From Eledone cirrhosa (taxonomy: Eukaryota), in assembly GCA_964016885.1 (NCBI GenBank), contig OZ024740.1:173042001-173106000 (forward strand): DNA of 64,000 nt, given 5' to 3'. A model generated the notes under the pieces. It was not told where the DNA came from. It saw nothing but the letters and a program-made list of their open reading frames with translations, and searched no databases. Below, piece after piece: positions 1-13,182 of this stretch (position 1 is the first letter of the stretch; each line of letters begins with the position of its first letter). The position numbers were made by a program, and so were the translations under genes.

Positions 1-26
1 TTGCATTTTCGATTTTATCCCTTTTT

Positions 27-79
<53 letters not shown>

Positions 80-81
<2 letters not shown>

Positions 82-265
82 TAAGTTATTCCGGATTGTA
101 AGGTACTCAATACATAGCAGAGTATAAAAGTTTTAATATAGATGAGATTCTACAGGACTAAAACTGTTTCATTCTTTAGAAATCATCAGGAGTCCCTGAG
201 ATTCCTGATGATTTCTAAAGAATAAAACAGTTCTAGTCCTGTAGAATCTCATCTATATTAAAACT
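80..265. mobile_element. Family A fold-back PLE-like mini-element between (TA)n tracts, with two inverted hammerhead motifs
   Basis: 130-191 and 203-265 are inverted repeats; 80-129 is a one-sided tail containing GTACTCAATA. Same family as 12937-13183. Confidence 0.8.
197..251 (+). ncRNA. Type I hammerhead ribozyme motif, family A (core G12 mutated)
   Basis: TGAGATTC-CTGATGA-T-TTC taaa GAA-T-aAAA-CAG ttctagtc CTG-TA-GAATCTCA. The minus-strand partner at about 143-195 retains GAAAC. Confidence 0.7.
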
Positions 266-349
266 ATATATATATATACACATATATATATATGAAAACT
301 ACTACTACTATATTCATCCATTTCTTTGTGGTGATATGATGAAACCTTT

Positions 350-1125
350 CCATGTCACACGATCCAACATTAAATACCTCAGTTCTTCACCGAATAACTC
401 TGTATCATCTCTTTATTGTCTTAAGGAATTTTCCGAGTTTGCATTTTACATTAGTGGGCTTCCATAGTAAAAGATTTGCAGCAGATTTGTTGCCTCTCAT
501 GACATGACCTGCAGGCCGAAGACGCCTGATATCGATGGTATGGCTAGTGTGTCGGAGGTTACAGTAAAGAATTTTATTTGTAAGACGGACCAAAGTTTTG
601 ATGATATTTTATCCTTCTTAGCATTCATGTGTAGCATCTAAAGCTTTGGTGATAGGTATTGCCACCGACCATGTTTCACAGGAATATAGTAAGATTTATT
701 CCACTGTAGTTTTGAATAATCTAACTTTTTTTTTTGTGGTTATGTTAGCTTTCCACACCTTATCTAACGAGTTCAGAGCAGATCATACTTGTGCTATCCT
801 GTTGTTTATATCATTTGACGAGTTGGTGTATGCGCCGCCAAGTTATTTGAAATCATCTACTTTTTCGAGAACGGTATTGCTTAATGGTTTGATGTTTGTT
901 GCTTGATATGAGTTGATCTTCATGTATTTAGTTTTGTTGATATTTAGGAAGAGTCCCATAGCTTGAGTAGGAACTTTTAGCTTGTGTAAGAGATCCTCTG
1001 CCTTAGTGAATCTGCACATTAGATATCATCAGTGAATTCCATATCTGCTAGGTGTTGTGACGGATGTCCCGTGCTTCTCTTGTTTTGAAGGATAAAGTCA
1101 TCCAAAATAATCAATAGCAACACGT
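350..1125 (-). mobile_element. Degenerate RTE-like LINE reverse transcriptase fragment
   Basis: Minus-strand translation pieces LADMEFTDDI (RT ADD-like motif), GLFLNINKTKYM and VDDFK-LG, with stops and frameshifts. Confidence 0.7.
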
Positions 1126-1213
1126 AATGCATAATTAAGTACGATGATAAATAAATACGAATAAGAAAATAGAATGAGAAAACATTACACCAATACAAAG
1201 GGAGGAAACATAA

Positions 1214-1257
1214 TATCACTGATGATGTCACAGGTGTGTAACAAAAGAACTCTGATA
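1214..1257 (+). ncRNA. Degenerate type I hammerhead in a solo PLE pLTR fragment (about 1130-1440)
   Basis: TATCA-CTGATGA-t-GTCACA..-c-aAAA-G aa C-TC-TGATA. Downstream sequence matches 39885-40015 and the PLE end at 42055-42255. Confidence 0.6.
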
Positions 1258-1670
1258 GACTATATTTATATCTATATTTTTAACAGATGGTCAATCAATG
1301 TTAAACAATGATAGTCAGCTGAATTAATTATAGAATTATAAAATATACTGAAGCGAAAACCAACCCCAACCAAACAGTGAATGTGTTTTACTATATATTT
1401 CTAGCAATATTATAACATCACCCTCCCCAAATATAACAATAAATAAATACACCTTTCCCATTTCTTTCAAATTGCTGGCCTTGTACCAAAATTAGAAACA
1501 ATTAACATCATCATCATCATCATCATTATCATTGTTTTAAGAGGCTTACCGATAAGAAACTTACTTGATTCTAGAATAATGAATCGCTATCACTCCTTGA
1601 TTTTCGTTGTTCCCAATGGCAAAACACTTAACTCTACTCAGCTAATAGCTTCCTGTCTAATTATTTTCAT

Positions 1671-1853
1671 GTGAATTGGCAGTATCGGTAAAGGGTCGGA
1701 CGCCATGTTTTCCAGCATAGTTACGTCCCTTTACGGTCTGAGTTCAAATCCCGTCGAGGTTAACTTTGCCTTTCATCCTTACCGGGTCGTTAAAATAAAG
1801 TACCAGTTATGAACTGGGTGATTGCTGGCCTTGTGCCAAAAGTAGAAACAATT
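1671..1853 (+). mobile_element. Major tRNA-derived SINE (short form)
   Basis: A box TGGCAGTATCGG, B box GAGTTCAAATCC, central GCCTTTCATCCTT..GGTCGATAAAATAAAGTACC-type motif, tail GCTGGCCTTGTGCCAAAAGTAGAAACAATTA. Confidence 0.9.
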
Positions 1854-1966
1854 ATTTTCAGCTAACTTCATTTCATTTCCATCTTTGTTTCGTCTCTCAT
1901 TGACTTATGTGTCCTTTCACTAAGTGTATGTATCGTTTGATTAACCTGTCTGTCGTTTAACTACCT

Positions 1967-2269
1967 CAGTGGTCTCCAACATTTTTTCACGATACGAAAT
2001 CTAAGTATTACAGACAGAACTATAAAAGAAATACTCTTTAAACTTGATAATATAAAAAATAGATATGTACACATCTTTTTTTTTTCTGTACTTTATAAAA
2101 ACAAAATCCCGTTGTATAAAAGAATAATATATTAAAGTATAATATTTAAAGTAACATAAAGAATTGTCAAACATTACTGACAAACCCTATAAGAACCTCA
2201 TTTATTTTATGAACCCCCAAAACATTTTAGTGAATACTTTTGGTTCATATGGACCCAATTTGAACACTG
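1967..2269. mobile_element. Possible hAT-type MITE relic
   Basis: Begins CAGTGGTCTCCAAC and ends TTGAACACTG (imperfect TIRs). No TSD seen. Confidence 0.3.
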
Positions 2270-2329
2270 GACTTGTCTCTGTTGTCTCACTAGCATATAT
2301 GTTGTTTCACTGGTCTCTCTTCTTGGTTG

Positions 2330-2940
2330 TCCATCGTAAACGATGATGACATCTTCTTCATTGTTGTTCCCGTCTGCCGTGGGCGCGAAGGTGGCTGTGG
2401 AGGCGGATCCTTGACTTGCAGGTCCAGGGACACCTGTTACCTCCGCCTCTCGCCCATCGCCGCAGGGCTTTGGGAGTGCACGCTAAAGAAGAAACCTGTG
2501 TGGGAAAGGTTTATAGTGGGAGGGCCAGTGCACAGTGACGGTCCCACTCACTCGGCCGCAGAAGCCAGAATCCGGTGGTACGGAGGACCATCACGACCAG
2601 GGACTTCCTTGGCTGCAGTGGATGACCACGACGTCTGTAGTGCCTTGCCATACCCTAGCGCTCCACACCGCTTGCTGTCGCCGCCTTCGTGGCCGTTGGG
2701 ACAATGTTATCCTCCTCCAATTACTCCGCCGGGTCCAGTCTTCGCATGCAGGGGTAGGCTGCCCCTATCTAACTCACCGGGGGTTTTCAGACTCGTCTGG
2801 TTACCTTCAACCTGGTTCGGCCCACCAGCCAAAGCGGTTTACCGGGGTGTGGCCGCTGTCGTATGCTACAGCTTCTTGGGGCCACAGGTGAGAGCTGAAT
2901 GTCAGGTGGGACACAATGTAGGCTAGGTGGGACACAAAGG
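2330..2940 (-). mobile_element. GC-rich relic, possibly ORF1/gag-like region of a non-LTR element
   Basis: Abrupt GC-rich block; a minus frame gives EGGDSKRCGALGY, resembling a degenerate zinc knuckle. Confidence 0.3.
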
Positions 2941-3052
2941 GCATGGCTAGGTAGATATGTATGCATGTTATTGTATGTGTGGATGTGGATGTTTTGAGTT
3001 GTATGTGTGCATGTGTATATGCTTTTTATCTGTACATGTGTATATGCAGTTA

Positions 3053-3638
3053 TTAGATGCAACATTTTTGGAATGTTTTACATATTTTTACTGTTCCATT
3101 GATGCATTGTACTTGTAATTTCCTAACTAGTTGTGTTCTTTCTGTTCCTGTGAAGCCCAGCTTCTCAAGATTTGTATTGAGGCAGTTACTAACATATCCC
3201 AGTGCCCCAATAATCACAGCCATAAATCTAAAGGTATAATCAGGGTGGAGTATCTGCAGATTTCTCATCAGTTCTGCATAAATATTCTCCTTTTCGCTAA
3301 TCTTTGATATTATATTGGCATCTGCTGGGCAGCTAATTTCCACTACTGTGCATGCTTTCTTCTCCCTGTCCCATATCATAATATCTGGTCTGTTATGCCT
3401 GCATTTTATTGGGGTTTTTACTGGAACATTCCACCAGTACTCTTTCATATTATGTACATGGATGTCTTCCACATTGTTGTAGCTTTTAATGTGTTTATTA
3501 TCGGGGCTATCTTTTCTACGGATTGCATCGTTCAGTATTTTGGCCACTACATCATGCCTCATAAGTAGATAGTACCGCGATGACATCTTTAGACAGCTGC
3601 TTATGACATGAGTGACATCTTCGATGTTTATTCTGCAG
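3053..3638 (-). mobile_element. 3' end of a restriction-like-endonuclease non-LTR retrotransposon (R4/Dong/NeSL type), next to (TATG)n
   Basis: CRINIEDVTHVISSC (CCHC remnant), RHD, NRPDIMIWD...VVEISCP...EKENIY (PD-(D/E)xK RLE). Confidence 0.88.
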
Positions 3639-4256
3639 AGTATGTATGTATGTATGTATGTATGTATGTATGTATGTATGTATGTATGTATGTATGTGTA
3701 TATGCATATCACTATAAAAGCTTCACGGCACAGGCATTGCTTTATATCTGGAGATCTCTCTGTACTTGTCATCACATGGTACCATGGGCCCAGCACTATG
3801 TGACAATAATTGTCACAAGTGTAGTGTTTGTACCAGAGTTTTCAAGTCGCTGGCTGGACTAAAAAGTCACACTCGTTCAGCCCATCGGTAGGGGTTCTCC
3901 TACATGGATATAAAGTAGTGGCCGTACTCGAAAACGAGTTGGCAGCCACCATATATGTATGTATGTATGCATGTATGTACGTATGTTATTATTATTGTTT
4001 ATCAACATATTTTGACATATAGATCCTCACTATGCAAAGCCTTATAACAATTGCTTTACCAAGGACCCCCATATGATGCTGAGGTTGGCTCAGTCACCAC
4101 CCTCTAAATATGAGTTTAAAATTGGACTCAATAGGTGCCGGCATATACACCAGTATATACTGTTCGAGGAATTTTAGGTGTGTAATATAAATATACAAAA
4201 GATTATCTTAAACCCATATACTATCTTTTAGTTTTGTCATATCTCTTTCTGTTACA

Positions 4257-4325
4257 TCGCAACTCATAAAATCGCTTCAGTAAGACTCTACGACTTAACC
4301 ATCGAACGTCGGTGTGATACGGCAC
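4257..4325 (-). pseudogene. hAT (Charlie/SPIN-type) transposase fragment
   Basis: Manual minus-strand translation VPYHTDVRWLSRRVLLKRFYELR matches the hAT YHTxVRWLS motif. Confidence 0.75.
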
Positions 4326-4408
4326 ATTATTTTTGTTAAGACTTTCCACAAAAAAACTGTTGAAATGTCATTAGTTTAAACATCGCTTGAGTAAGAAATT
4401 CCATTATT

Positions 4409-4614
4409 AGTATCAATAGAGTATCGGACACTGAGCTTTGTAGCATAGAGTTATGTCCCTTTGCAATCTGAGCTCAAATTCCACCAAGGTGAACTTTACC
4501 TTTCATCCTTACGGGGGTCGACAAAATAAAGCCCCAGTAATGCACTTGGGTCGATTTAATCGACCCTCGCCCCACCTTCAAATTGCTGTCTTGTGCCTAA
4601 AGTAGAAACAATTA
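4409..4614 (+). mobile_element. Major SINE (long form with GTCGATTTAATCGAC hairpin module)
   Basis: Same consensus as 1671-1853 plus an about 32-nt insert before the tail. Confidence 0.85.
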
Positions 4615-4659
4615 TAACATCTGGGGTATTATCCATCTTTAACTCTTTCGTCGCCATAT

Positions 4660-4948
4660 TTCTAATGATGAAGACGTTGATGACGATGACGATAATGGTG
4701 ATGACGTTGATGACGATGACGATAATGGTGAAGACGAGGATGATGGTGACGATAATGAGAATAACGGAAATGATGATGATGCTAAACAATGATAATGACG
4801 ACAGTGGTGGTGGTAGTGGCGATGGGGGTGATGGCGATAGCACTGATTGTGGTAGTGGTTGTGGTCGTCGTGTTTGCAGTGATAATATTTGTAGTGAGAG
4901 TAGTGATGAGGAATGCAGTGTTGATGGTGTTGCTGGTGACATTGCGGC

Positions 4949-4986
<38 letters not shown>

Positions 4987-5062
4987 TTGATGATGATGAT
5001 GCTGCTGTTGATGATGATGATGATGATCATGATAATGATGATGATGATGATGATGATAATTA
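4660..5062. repeat. Compound trinucleotide low-complexity repeat (GAT/GGT/GCT)
   Basis: Directly visible degenerate triplet arrays. Confidence 0.85.
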
Positions 5063-5626
5063 CAGATTACGATTGTTGATAGTAAAATTCCTCTGGAGAA
5101 TGACTTAACTATTAAAATAAATATACGAAGAGAAAATATTTTTTTTTAAACTGATTGAATAGTATTAATAAACGTTTAAACATCTGCAGCAAAGTCGATA
5201 ATGATAACTTTCTTGGTTATATCGATTAAATAGCTAACATTTACAAGGCGTTTACGAATCTTTCTTTACATTTTATTCATGTTTTGTTGGTGAGAGTAGT
5301 GATGGTGGTGGTGGTGGTGGTAGTGGTGGTGGTAGTGGTGGTGGTATATATTGCTGCTGTTATCTTTATTTCGTCTCAATACGTCCCCACTTTACTTCGC
5401 CCTCCCCCTATACCCTGTTGTCATTTAACTTTTAAAACAATCTTACTTAGATAAATCCGGTAATGTTTTAGCCGAAATTAGTTATTAAACTAAATTAAAC
5501 TCACCATGTAGTTTTTGCTAACAAACTGGTTCTTAAATATTTCTTTCTTTAGGTTTTTCCTTTTTCTTTGTATTCTAAAATTTTATATTTTAAAACTAAT
5601 CGGCGTTATTATTTACGGTGAATTGA

Positions 5627-6012
5627 GGGCGGTGGATTGGCAGTATCTGTAGAGGGTCGGACGCCATGCTTTGACGCATAGAGTTACGGCCCTTATCATT
5701 CTGAGTTCAAATCCCGCCGAGGTTAACTTTGCCTTTCATCCTTATGAGGTCGATAAAATAAAGTACCAATAATACACTGAGATAATTGCTGGCCTTGTGC
5801 CAAATGTAGAAACAATTATTTACGGTGGATTGGCAGTATCGGTAGAAGGTCGGACGCCATGCTTTGTAGCATAGAGTTACCTCCCTTTACGGTCTGAGTT
5901 CAAATCCCGCCGAGGTTAACTTTGCCTTTCATCCTTACGGGTTCAATAAAATAAAGTACCAGCAATACACTGGGATAATTGCTGGCCTTGTGCCAAATGT
6001 AGAAACAGTTAT
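5627..6012 (+). mobile_element. Two tandem copies of the major SINE
   Basis: Copies at 5627-5820 and 5824-6012, both with A/B boxes and tail. Confidence 0.9.
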
Positions 6013-6158
6013 TATTTACTGATCACTTTTCCGTGTTTTTTGTAAGTTTATTTTTCTTTTCTTATTTTCTACACAGGAGTATTGTAATGAATGTTAAATA
6101 ATAGCTGTCCTGTAATTTCTCTGTACATAAAAGATGGACTCTCACGAAACAATATTAA

Positions 6159-6248
6159 ATGAGAATATGAGTATGTATATTGACCAGAAAAAAGGAACTA
6201 CTGTCCTCTACCTTTTTTTCTGGTCAATATACACACTCATATTCTCAT
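6159..6248. repeat. Short fold-back hairpin
   Basis: ATGAGAATATGAGTATGTATATTGACCAGAAAAAAGG ... CCTTTTTTTCTGGTCAATATACACACTCATATTCTCAT. Confidence 0.75.
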
Positions 6249-6302
6249 GTACAGGGTGGTCCGAAAGTCTTGTCACCCTAACATATTGTTTTAACTTTCA
6301 TT

Positions 6303-6556
6303 GGATGCCATGCTTTCCAGCATAGTTACGTCCCTTTACGATCTGAGTTCAAATCCCGCCGAGGTTGACTTTGCCTTTCGGGTCGATAAAATAAAGTACC
6401 AGTAATGCACTGGGTAATTGCTGGCCTTGTGCCTAAAGTAGAAACAATTATTTTTTTGTTTTAACTTTGCCTTTCATCCTTACAGGGGTGGATAAAATAA
6501 AGTACCAGTAATGCACTGGGTAATTGCTGGCCTTGTGCCAAAAGTAGAAACAATTA
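6303..6556 (+). mobile_element. Two 5'-truncated major SINE copies
   Basis: B box, central motif and tail, with the 3' part repeated. Confidence 0.85.
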
Positions 6557-6916
6557 TTTTTTGTTTTAATAATATAATATATAATATAATTAATTATAAT
6601 ATCATTCATTATAATATATAATAATTTTAATCGTTTAAGTTAACATTCGTCAACGAACTAAACGATAACGACATGGACAAAAGACGTGGTAGGGCGTGAT
6701 AAGACTTTCTAATTTTCAATCATATGTCTGTTAATGTATGGATGTACAGAAGTACTACATTTTGATATACTGTTTTTAATACCGCGTCTGCTTTGCTGTT
6801 GCTTTTGATTGCACTTGTAATTTGCAATGTATTGGTTGATATGATATGAACCTCATCTAAAGTATAGAGTTATGTATGTTGTATGTAATACACTAGAAAC
6901 TTCAAACAATATCTAA

Positions 6917-7001
6917 ATTCCTGAAGATTTGTAGAGTGAGGGATAGTTACCTCGTATGTATCGTGGTATGGTACCCCTCTCTATATTGAAACATGTAGAA
7001 T
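6917..7001 (+). ncRNA. Type I hammerhead ribozyme motif with long stem II
   Basis: ATTC-CTGAAGA-tt-TGTAGAGtGAGGG...CCCTCTCTATA-tt-GAAA-CATG-TA-GAAT; palindromic stem III ACATGT, GUA site. Confidence 0.75.
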
Positions 7002-7611
7002 GAAAAATATATTTTAACTATAACTTGGTTCTTCTCTCCCTATTAATAATTCATGAGCTCTGCAGCCCGTAGCCTAACAGTCTACATCAGAATCTCCAAC
7101 AGCTGAGAAAATCCTCAGCCAATTTTGAATTACTGCTATGTCAAGGAAACTGGATGGCATCGAGCTTCTCTCATGTTTACAAGGGTCTATATTAGAAAAC
7201 CCCAATATCACCATAAATATACTATATACATATATATTTCTCCATCTCTCTTAACTTTAAAATCATGAAACTTGTCAAACCGGTAAAGTTATAAATTATT
7301 GTAAGTAAACCTTCTTAAACATTCCAATTGCATTTTCAAACTTAATTTTCCTGTATATATGTGTGTGTGTGTTTGTCCATCTTCCATACTTTAGGGATCA
7401 TTTTATAATTCTCTATGTGCCCATCTATCTTCCGCTATCTTTCTTTCTTTCTCTATCCCCCTCTCTATCTATCTAGCTCTCTTTCTCTCGCTTTCTGATA
7501 CATTATGTAATGTAGTTATATATACCTTTAAAACGACGGGATACTGGCAATTCGAATGCCATCGATTTTTAACGTAGGTGTGCACGATCAAATTTAACCT
7601 AGGGCTAAATA

Positions 7612-7800
7612 ATTCTTTCTACTTTTGGCACAAGGCCAGCAATTAATCCAGTACATTACTGGTACTTTATTTTATTGACCCCGTAAGGATGAAAGACAAA
7701 GTTAACCTCGGCGGGATTTGAACTCAGACCATAAAAGACCGTAACTCTATGCTGCAAAGCATGGTGACCGACTCTCTACCGATACTGCCAATCCACCGTC
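7612..7800 (-). mobile_element. Major SINE
   Basis: Reverse complement of the consensus. Confidence 0.9.
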
Positions 7801-8309
7801 CTTGGGATAAACAATATAACTTAGAACGTGTCTTTTATACCAGTGATATACAACGTGGCCGTGTGGACAGCAAGAGTTCCACACTTAATGGTTTGGTGGT
7901 CCACGGCGTGTTTCATAAAACCAAAGATGACTGGATAATATAACGAAAATCATAATATTAGATTGCTCAATTTAAAATATTAGATTACTTAATTTAAAAT
8001 ACTGCGTTGTATAATGCAATTTAAACTAAATTAATATTGACGCTCCATTAAGTTTTCCTCGTGAACTTTGTAAACAACCTTCTGAAAAAGTTTGTATATA
8101 ACTGCTTTATTCATCACGTTTATATTTGAGTAAGCAGCAATAGCAGTTAACACACACATATATATATATAGGTAGGCTTACCTATATCGCCTTTTTTATT
8201 TTATTTGATTTCATTGTAAATTAAATTATAACGTTAGTTGTTGCATATAATCAGTAAATCTTGATGGAAAAGGTAATAATTGAATGGAGACTATGAGGAA
8301 GATATTACT

Positions 8310-8397
<88 letters not shown>

Positions 8398-9355
8398 TTA
8401 TATACACATATCCACACACATACATGCACATACATGCACACATAAGCACACGCAGTCACATATAGTTCCATACATAAATATGTGAGTGTGTGTGTGTAAG
8501 TTATACGACGAAAAAACTTAAAGGTTGGCTGAAAGTCTCAAGGGTGTGAATTCTAACGGAGGTCATGTCAATGTCGATGTAATACGCAAAAAAAAATGGC
8601 AGTCAGCATATTCCAAGCAACGACTAGTGTCATCTTAATTTGATTACCGGTAATACCAAAAATCACTCAGACATTTGTTGGCAAAGAAGAAGCATGATAC
8701 ATCTAACGGATGGGTGACAGAAGGTGTTACACAGGCTAATTTAAAGGATGATCTCTTACTTTTATTACTCGCCTTGGCTTTCCACCACTTTCTTTCTCTT
8801 GTTCATTTGTGCACACTTTATTCATTACTATTTTAAATATTTTCCCGTGTTTTGACAATCAGCGGTTAAGTCAGCTCTTCCTGAGCAACTCCTATATCAC
8901 ATGAATTTCATCATCACTATCACAAATGCCATTACCATCTATCAATAGCGCTTCATTGTTACGTTTAGTTCTCCACCGCTACGTCAAGTCTTCCATCGCT
9001 ACGTCAAGTATTCCATTGCTACGCCAAGTCTTTTCATCGGACGCTATTGACATCAATGTCTGTTAGCGTTTTCAATAATTATAGGCTCCACTCTAATACA
9101 AATGACATCACAGTCATTTATTGTGAATCACTAACACCATGCCATATCGTATCCTAATATGTACACGATACTTGTATTAATATACCACCATTGAAGCTAC
9201 TGAATCACAAACTAACACATTCTATCACTAACATGTTGAACTCACTATCATCATTAATGGTCTACTATTAACGTTATTAGTTTTCGTGTGAGATACATGA
9301 CCTAACTCTGCAGTAAACAGCTTTGGTTCGTTGGTGTATGTTTGGGATGTATTAA

Positions 9356-9543
9356 GGTTGGATTGGCAGTATCAGTAGAGGGTCGGACACTATGCTTTGA
9401 CGCATAGAGTTACGCCCCTTGCAATTCTGAGTTCAAATCGCGCCAAAGTTAACTTTGCCTTTCATCCTTACGGGGTCGATAAAATAAAGTACCAGTAATG
9501 TACTGGGTAATTGCTGGCCTTGTGCCAAAAGTAGAAACAATTA
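9356..9543 (+). mobile_element. Major SINE
   Basis: Consensus match. Confidence 0.9.
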
Positions 9544-10024
9544 TCATCCACTTGTTACTTACATCGGTAACAATGCAATTCCTGGCAACATTTCTAATAC
9601 AGTTTACACCAGCTCTTTAACTGCAGTCGTCTTCACAACCATATTTATAGGCTACGAGTCCTTCTATGTTCAAAGGTTGGGCAATGAAACTAATCAGATT
9701 AATATCAATTTTACTGACCACGGAGAGATAAAACCTGTGGTGTAACCACTTTGATTACTTTCCACAGAGCAGGAAAAATAGCATATTTATTAAACGAAAA
9801 AAAACTGTTACCTTACACTTCAGTATATATATATGTGTGTGTATGTGCGTGCATATGCGCATGTATGCGTGTGTATGCGCATGTGTGAGTGTGTGTATGT
9901 GTGTTAAAAGTGACTCTTACAGAACGTGTTCTTTTATACTTAACTTATTGAGTACCCCACTTTAATTCCTTATACTTTTTTCAGTGAATAACTTTCAACA
10001 CAAACACGTAGAGAGACAGGCACA

Positions 10025-10105
<81 letters not shown>

Positions 10106-10904
10106 TGTTTAGAGAAGGAGGGAAAGGCAGTGTCCGTGACCTTTTTCAGAGCCTCTTCTAAAACACCAAAAGTCCGGGTATTTATCTAGGCGACGTATTA
10201 CGTCTATCTCCCAGGTATGTCATCGTATGATTTGAACTCAGAATGCAAAAAGAAGAAAAAAAACAGAATAAACACCGCAAGACATCCCTCCGACACTCTA
10301 AAGAATTTGCCAATCAAGAACCCTGAACTGATACTTTATTTTATCGACACGGAAAAGATGAAAAATAAAATTGGTCCTAGCAAGATTTGAGCACAAATTG
10401 TAGAGTGCTAGAATACAAACCACAAGGGTTTTTTTTTACTTAACGCTTTTGATACGAAACCACTTGAAATTGCCACTGGTTTTATGATGTAAAATTGTTT
10501 GTTTTTAAGTATTTATATTTATCTAAAAACCTTTTAGCATTATTCGTGAAAGAACCTTTGTAACGTTTGTGCTCCAAACACCACCTTAAAAGTAAGAAAA
10601 TTGGTTATATTACTAAATCCCGCAAAAATCTTGATTGTTTTCCCAATTATTTGAAAATGATAGACAGTGCCTTTCATTAAAAATATGTCAGCAAAAGGGT
10701 AAAAAAGTGTTTAGCGTTTCTTGGATGATACAACCTCATCGAAATCCTATTTAACGCTAGAAAGCAAGGGCTATAGGCTACAAAGGTTAAATAATTAACG
10801 CCTAACATTTTACAGAGGGTGACCTTAAACATGCTTTCTTTCCAACATATGCTCATACCCGTCTCTTTCTTCCTCTTGACGTGACCTCAATAATTGGGAC
10901 ATGG

Positions 10905-10982
<78 letters not shown>

Positions 10983-11121
10983 GCACGCATATATATATAT
11001 ATATATATATGCATTTAAACATACACACTTATACTTACATACATACATGCATACATATACTTCATATAAGCAGAAATGGAAAAGCATATATATATATATA
11101 TATACACATTCACGCATACAT

Positions 11122-11166
<45 letters not shown>

Positions 11167-11689
11167 CACACAAGAAAATAGATGCAGGCAGGCAAGGCAT
11201 ACGCACACAAATAAAGAAAGAGAGAATCAAAATATAGCAAGGGGTAAAAAGTGAGCTATGGTGGAGGGAGAGGTAGAGAGAAATGTTGAGAAAAAGGCGA
11301 CTCTAAAAGGACAAAGTCATGGCAAACGACACCTCTGAAGTGTGATCTTTTTCTGGAAGCACGTTTAATTTGATTTGTATCTAACGAATTGTCGGCGGGT
11401 GACGGACATACGCCGAGAACGGCCGATCATCCTTCGTCACTGTTTGTCCACAGGATTCTTATTAACCTATCCACTTAGTAATGCAATATTAATGACCGAA
11501 GGTGTGCAATAATTTTCAAGCACCCAAAATCCTCCACTCCACATTCTTTTTGCATCTTTGTTCGTCTGCTAGTTCTTGTTCTTTCTGCCCTCCTATTTCT
11601 GGTTTTGTTTTTCGATTTCATTTTTTTTTTTTTAGTGTGTGTAATTTTTTCCTTAAACTCCTCATTGACATTATTTCTGCTCTAACCAT

Positions 11690-12535
11690 TACCGCTGTCA
11701 CCACCACAACGGTCGTCACCGTCGCCGCCGCCACCGCCACGGTGTCAACGCCATCGCCACCACCACGATGTTAACCCCGCTGCTACCACCACGGTCGCCA
11801 CCACCACAGTCGTCACCATCGCCGCCACCACCACGGTCGTCAACGCCATCGCCACCACCACGATGTCAACCTCGCTGCTACCACCACTACGCTCGTCACC
11901 GCCGCTGCCACCACCAGCACGGTCGTCACCGTCACCGTCACCGCCACCGTTACCACCACCAGCAACGGTCGTCACCGTTGCCACTACCACCACGGTCTTC
12001 ACAATCGCCGCCACCAACGCGGTGTGTCATCATCACCGTCACCACGGTCGTCAACGTGGCCACCACCACCACCACCACGGTCGTCAACGTCGCCACCACC
12101 ACCACCACCACCACCACCACGGTCGTCAACGTCTCCACCACCACCACCACCACCACCACCACCACCACCACCACCACCACCACCACGGTCGTCAACGTCG
12201 CCACCACCACCACCACCACCACCACCACCACCACCACCACCACGGTCGTCAACGTCGCCACCACCACCACCACCACCACCACCACCACCACCACCACCAC
12301 GGTCGTCAACGTCGCCACCACCACCACCACCACCACCACCACGGTCGTCAACGTGGCCACCACCACCACCACCACCACCACCACCACCACCACGGTCGTC
12401 AACGTCTCCACCACCACCACCACCACCACCACCACCACCACCACCACCACCACCACCACCACGGTCGTCAACGTCTCCACCACCACCACCACCACCACCA
12501 CCACCACCACCACCACCACCGCCATCACCACCACA
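11690..12535. repeat. (CAC)n microsatellite punctuated by a GGTCGTCAACGT unit (compound minisatellite)
   Basis: Repeated (CAC)k-GGTCGTCAACGT(C/G) units; explains the long His/Pro/Thr ORFs. Confidence 0.9.
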
Positions 12536-12735
12536 ACAATCTGCTAGTCTACAGCCATTCTCCCCGTCGTCTGTCCTCCGACCACCAACTACACTCTATT
12601 CCTTCCCTCCTTTCTACTTTCTCCGTTTGGGAATGTTCTCACCTTATTCTCTTTATCCTCCTCCCTCTTCGGAAACGTTCCCCTTCTTCTTGCAACCTTT
12701 ACCGGATCCCTCAATGAAGCCATTCATTATATTAT

Positions 12736-12838
12736 GGCCGAGGTTGACTTTGCCTTTCATCCTTACGGGGTCGATAAAATGAAGTACCAGTAATGCACTG
12801 GGTAATTGCTGGCCTTGTGCCTAAAGTAGAAACAATTA
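12736..12838 (+). mobile_element. 5'-truncated major SINE
   Basis: Central motif and tail. Confidence 0.85.
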
Positions 12839-12886
12839 TATTACGGCCTTCTTTGCTGCATTTCATACGTCTTCTCTCCTCAAGAA

Positions 12887-12940
<54 letters not shown>

Positions 12941-12953
12941 TTAATGTAGATGT

Positions 12954-13003
12954 GATTCTACAGGACTAGAACTGTTTCATTCTTTAGAAATCATCAGGAA
13001 TCT
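12954..13003 (-). ncRNA. Type I hammerhead ribozyme, family A, intact core (inverted partner)
   Basis: Reverse complement reads GATTC-CTGATGA-TTTCTAAAGAAT-GAAA-CAGTTCTAGTCCTG-TA-GAATC. Confidence 0.83.
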
Positions 13004-13049
13004 GGGTATCAAAAAATAAGTATTTATAAGTACTTATTTTTTGATACCC

Positions 13050-13100
13050 AGATTCCTGATGATTTCTAAAGAATGAAACAGTTCTAGTCCTGTAGAATCT
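13050..13100 (+). ncRNA. Type I hammerhead ribozyme, family A, intact core
   Basis: AGATTC-CTGATGA-T-TTC taaa GAA-T-GAAA-CAG ttctagtc CTG-TA-GAATCT; three stems, GUA site. Confidence 0.85.
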
Positions 13101-13182
13101 CATCTATATTAAAACTTTTATACTCTGCAATGTATTGAGTACCTTACTTACTGTGGTTACCTCCGATTCAACCCGGAATAAC

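Noticed and set aside
11900-12480. CRISPR-like array of constant units with variable spacers
   Set aside because: The spacers are just CAC runs, the context is eukaryotic and there are no cas genes.
11768-12782. His-, Pro- and Thr-rich long ORFs (also 56425-57054, 4556-5108)
   Set aside because: Triplet-repeat artefacts open in several frames and on both strands.
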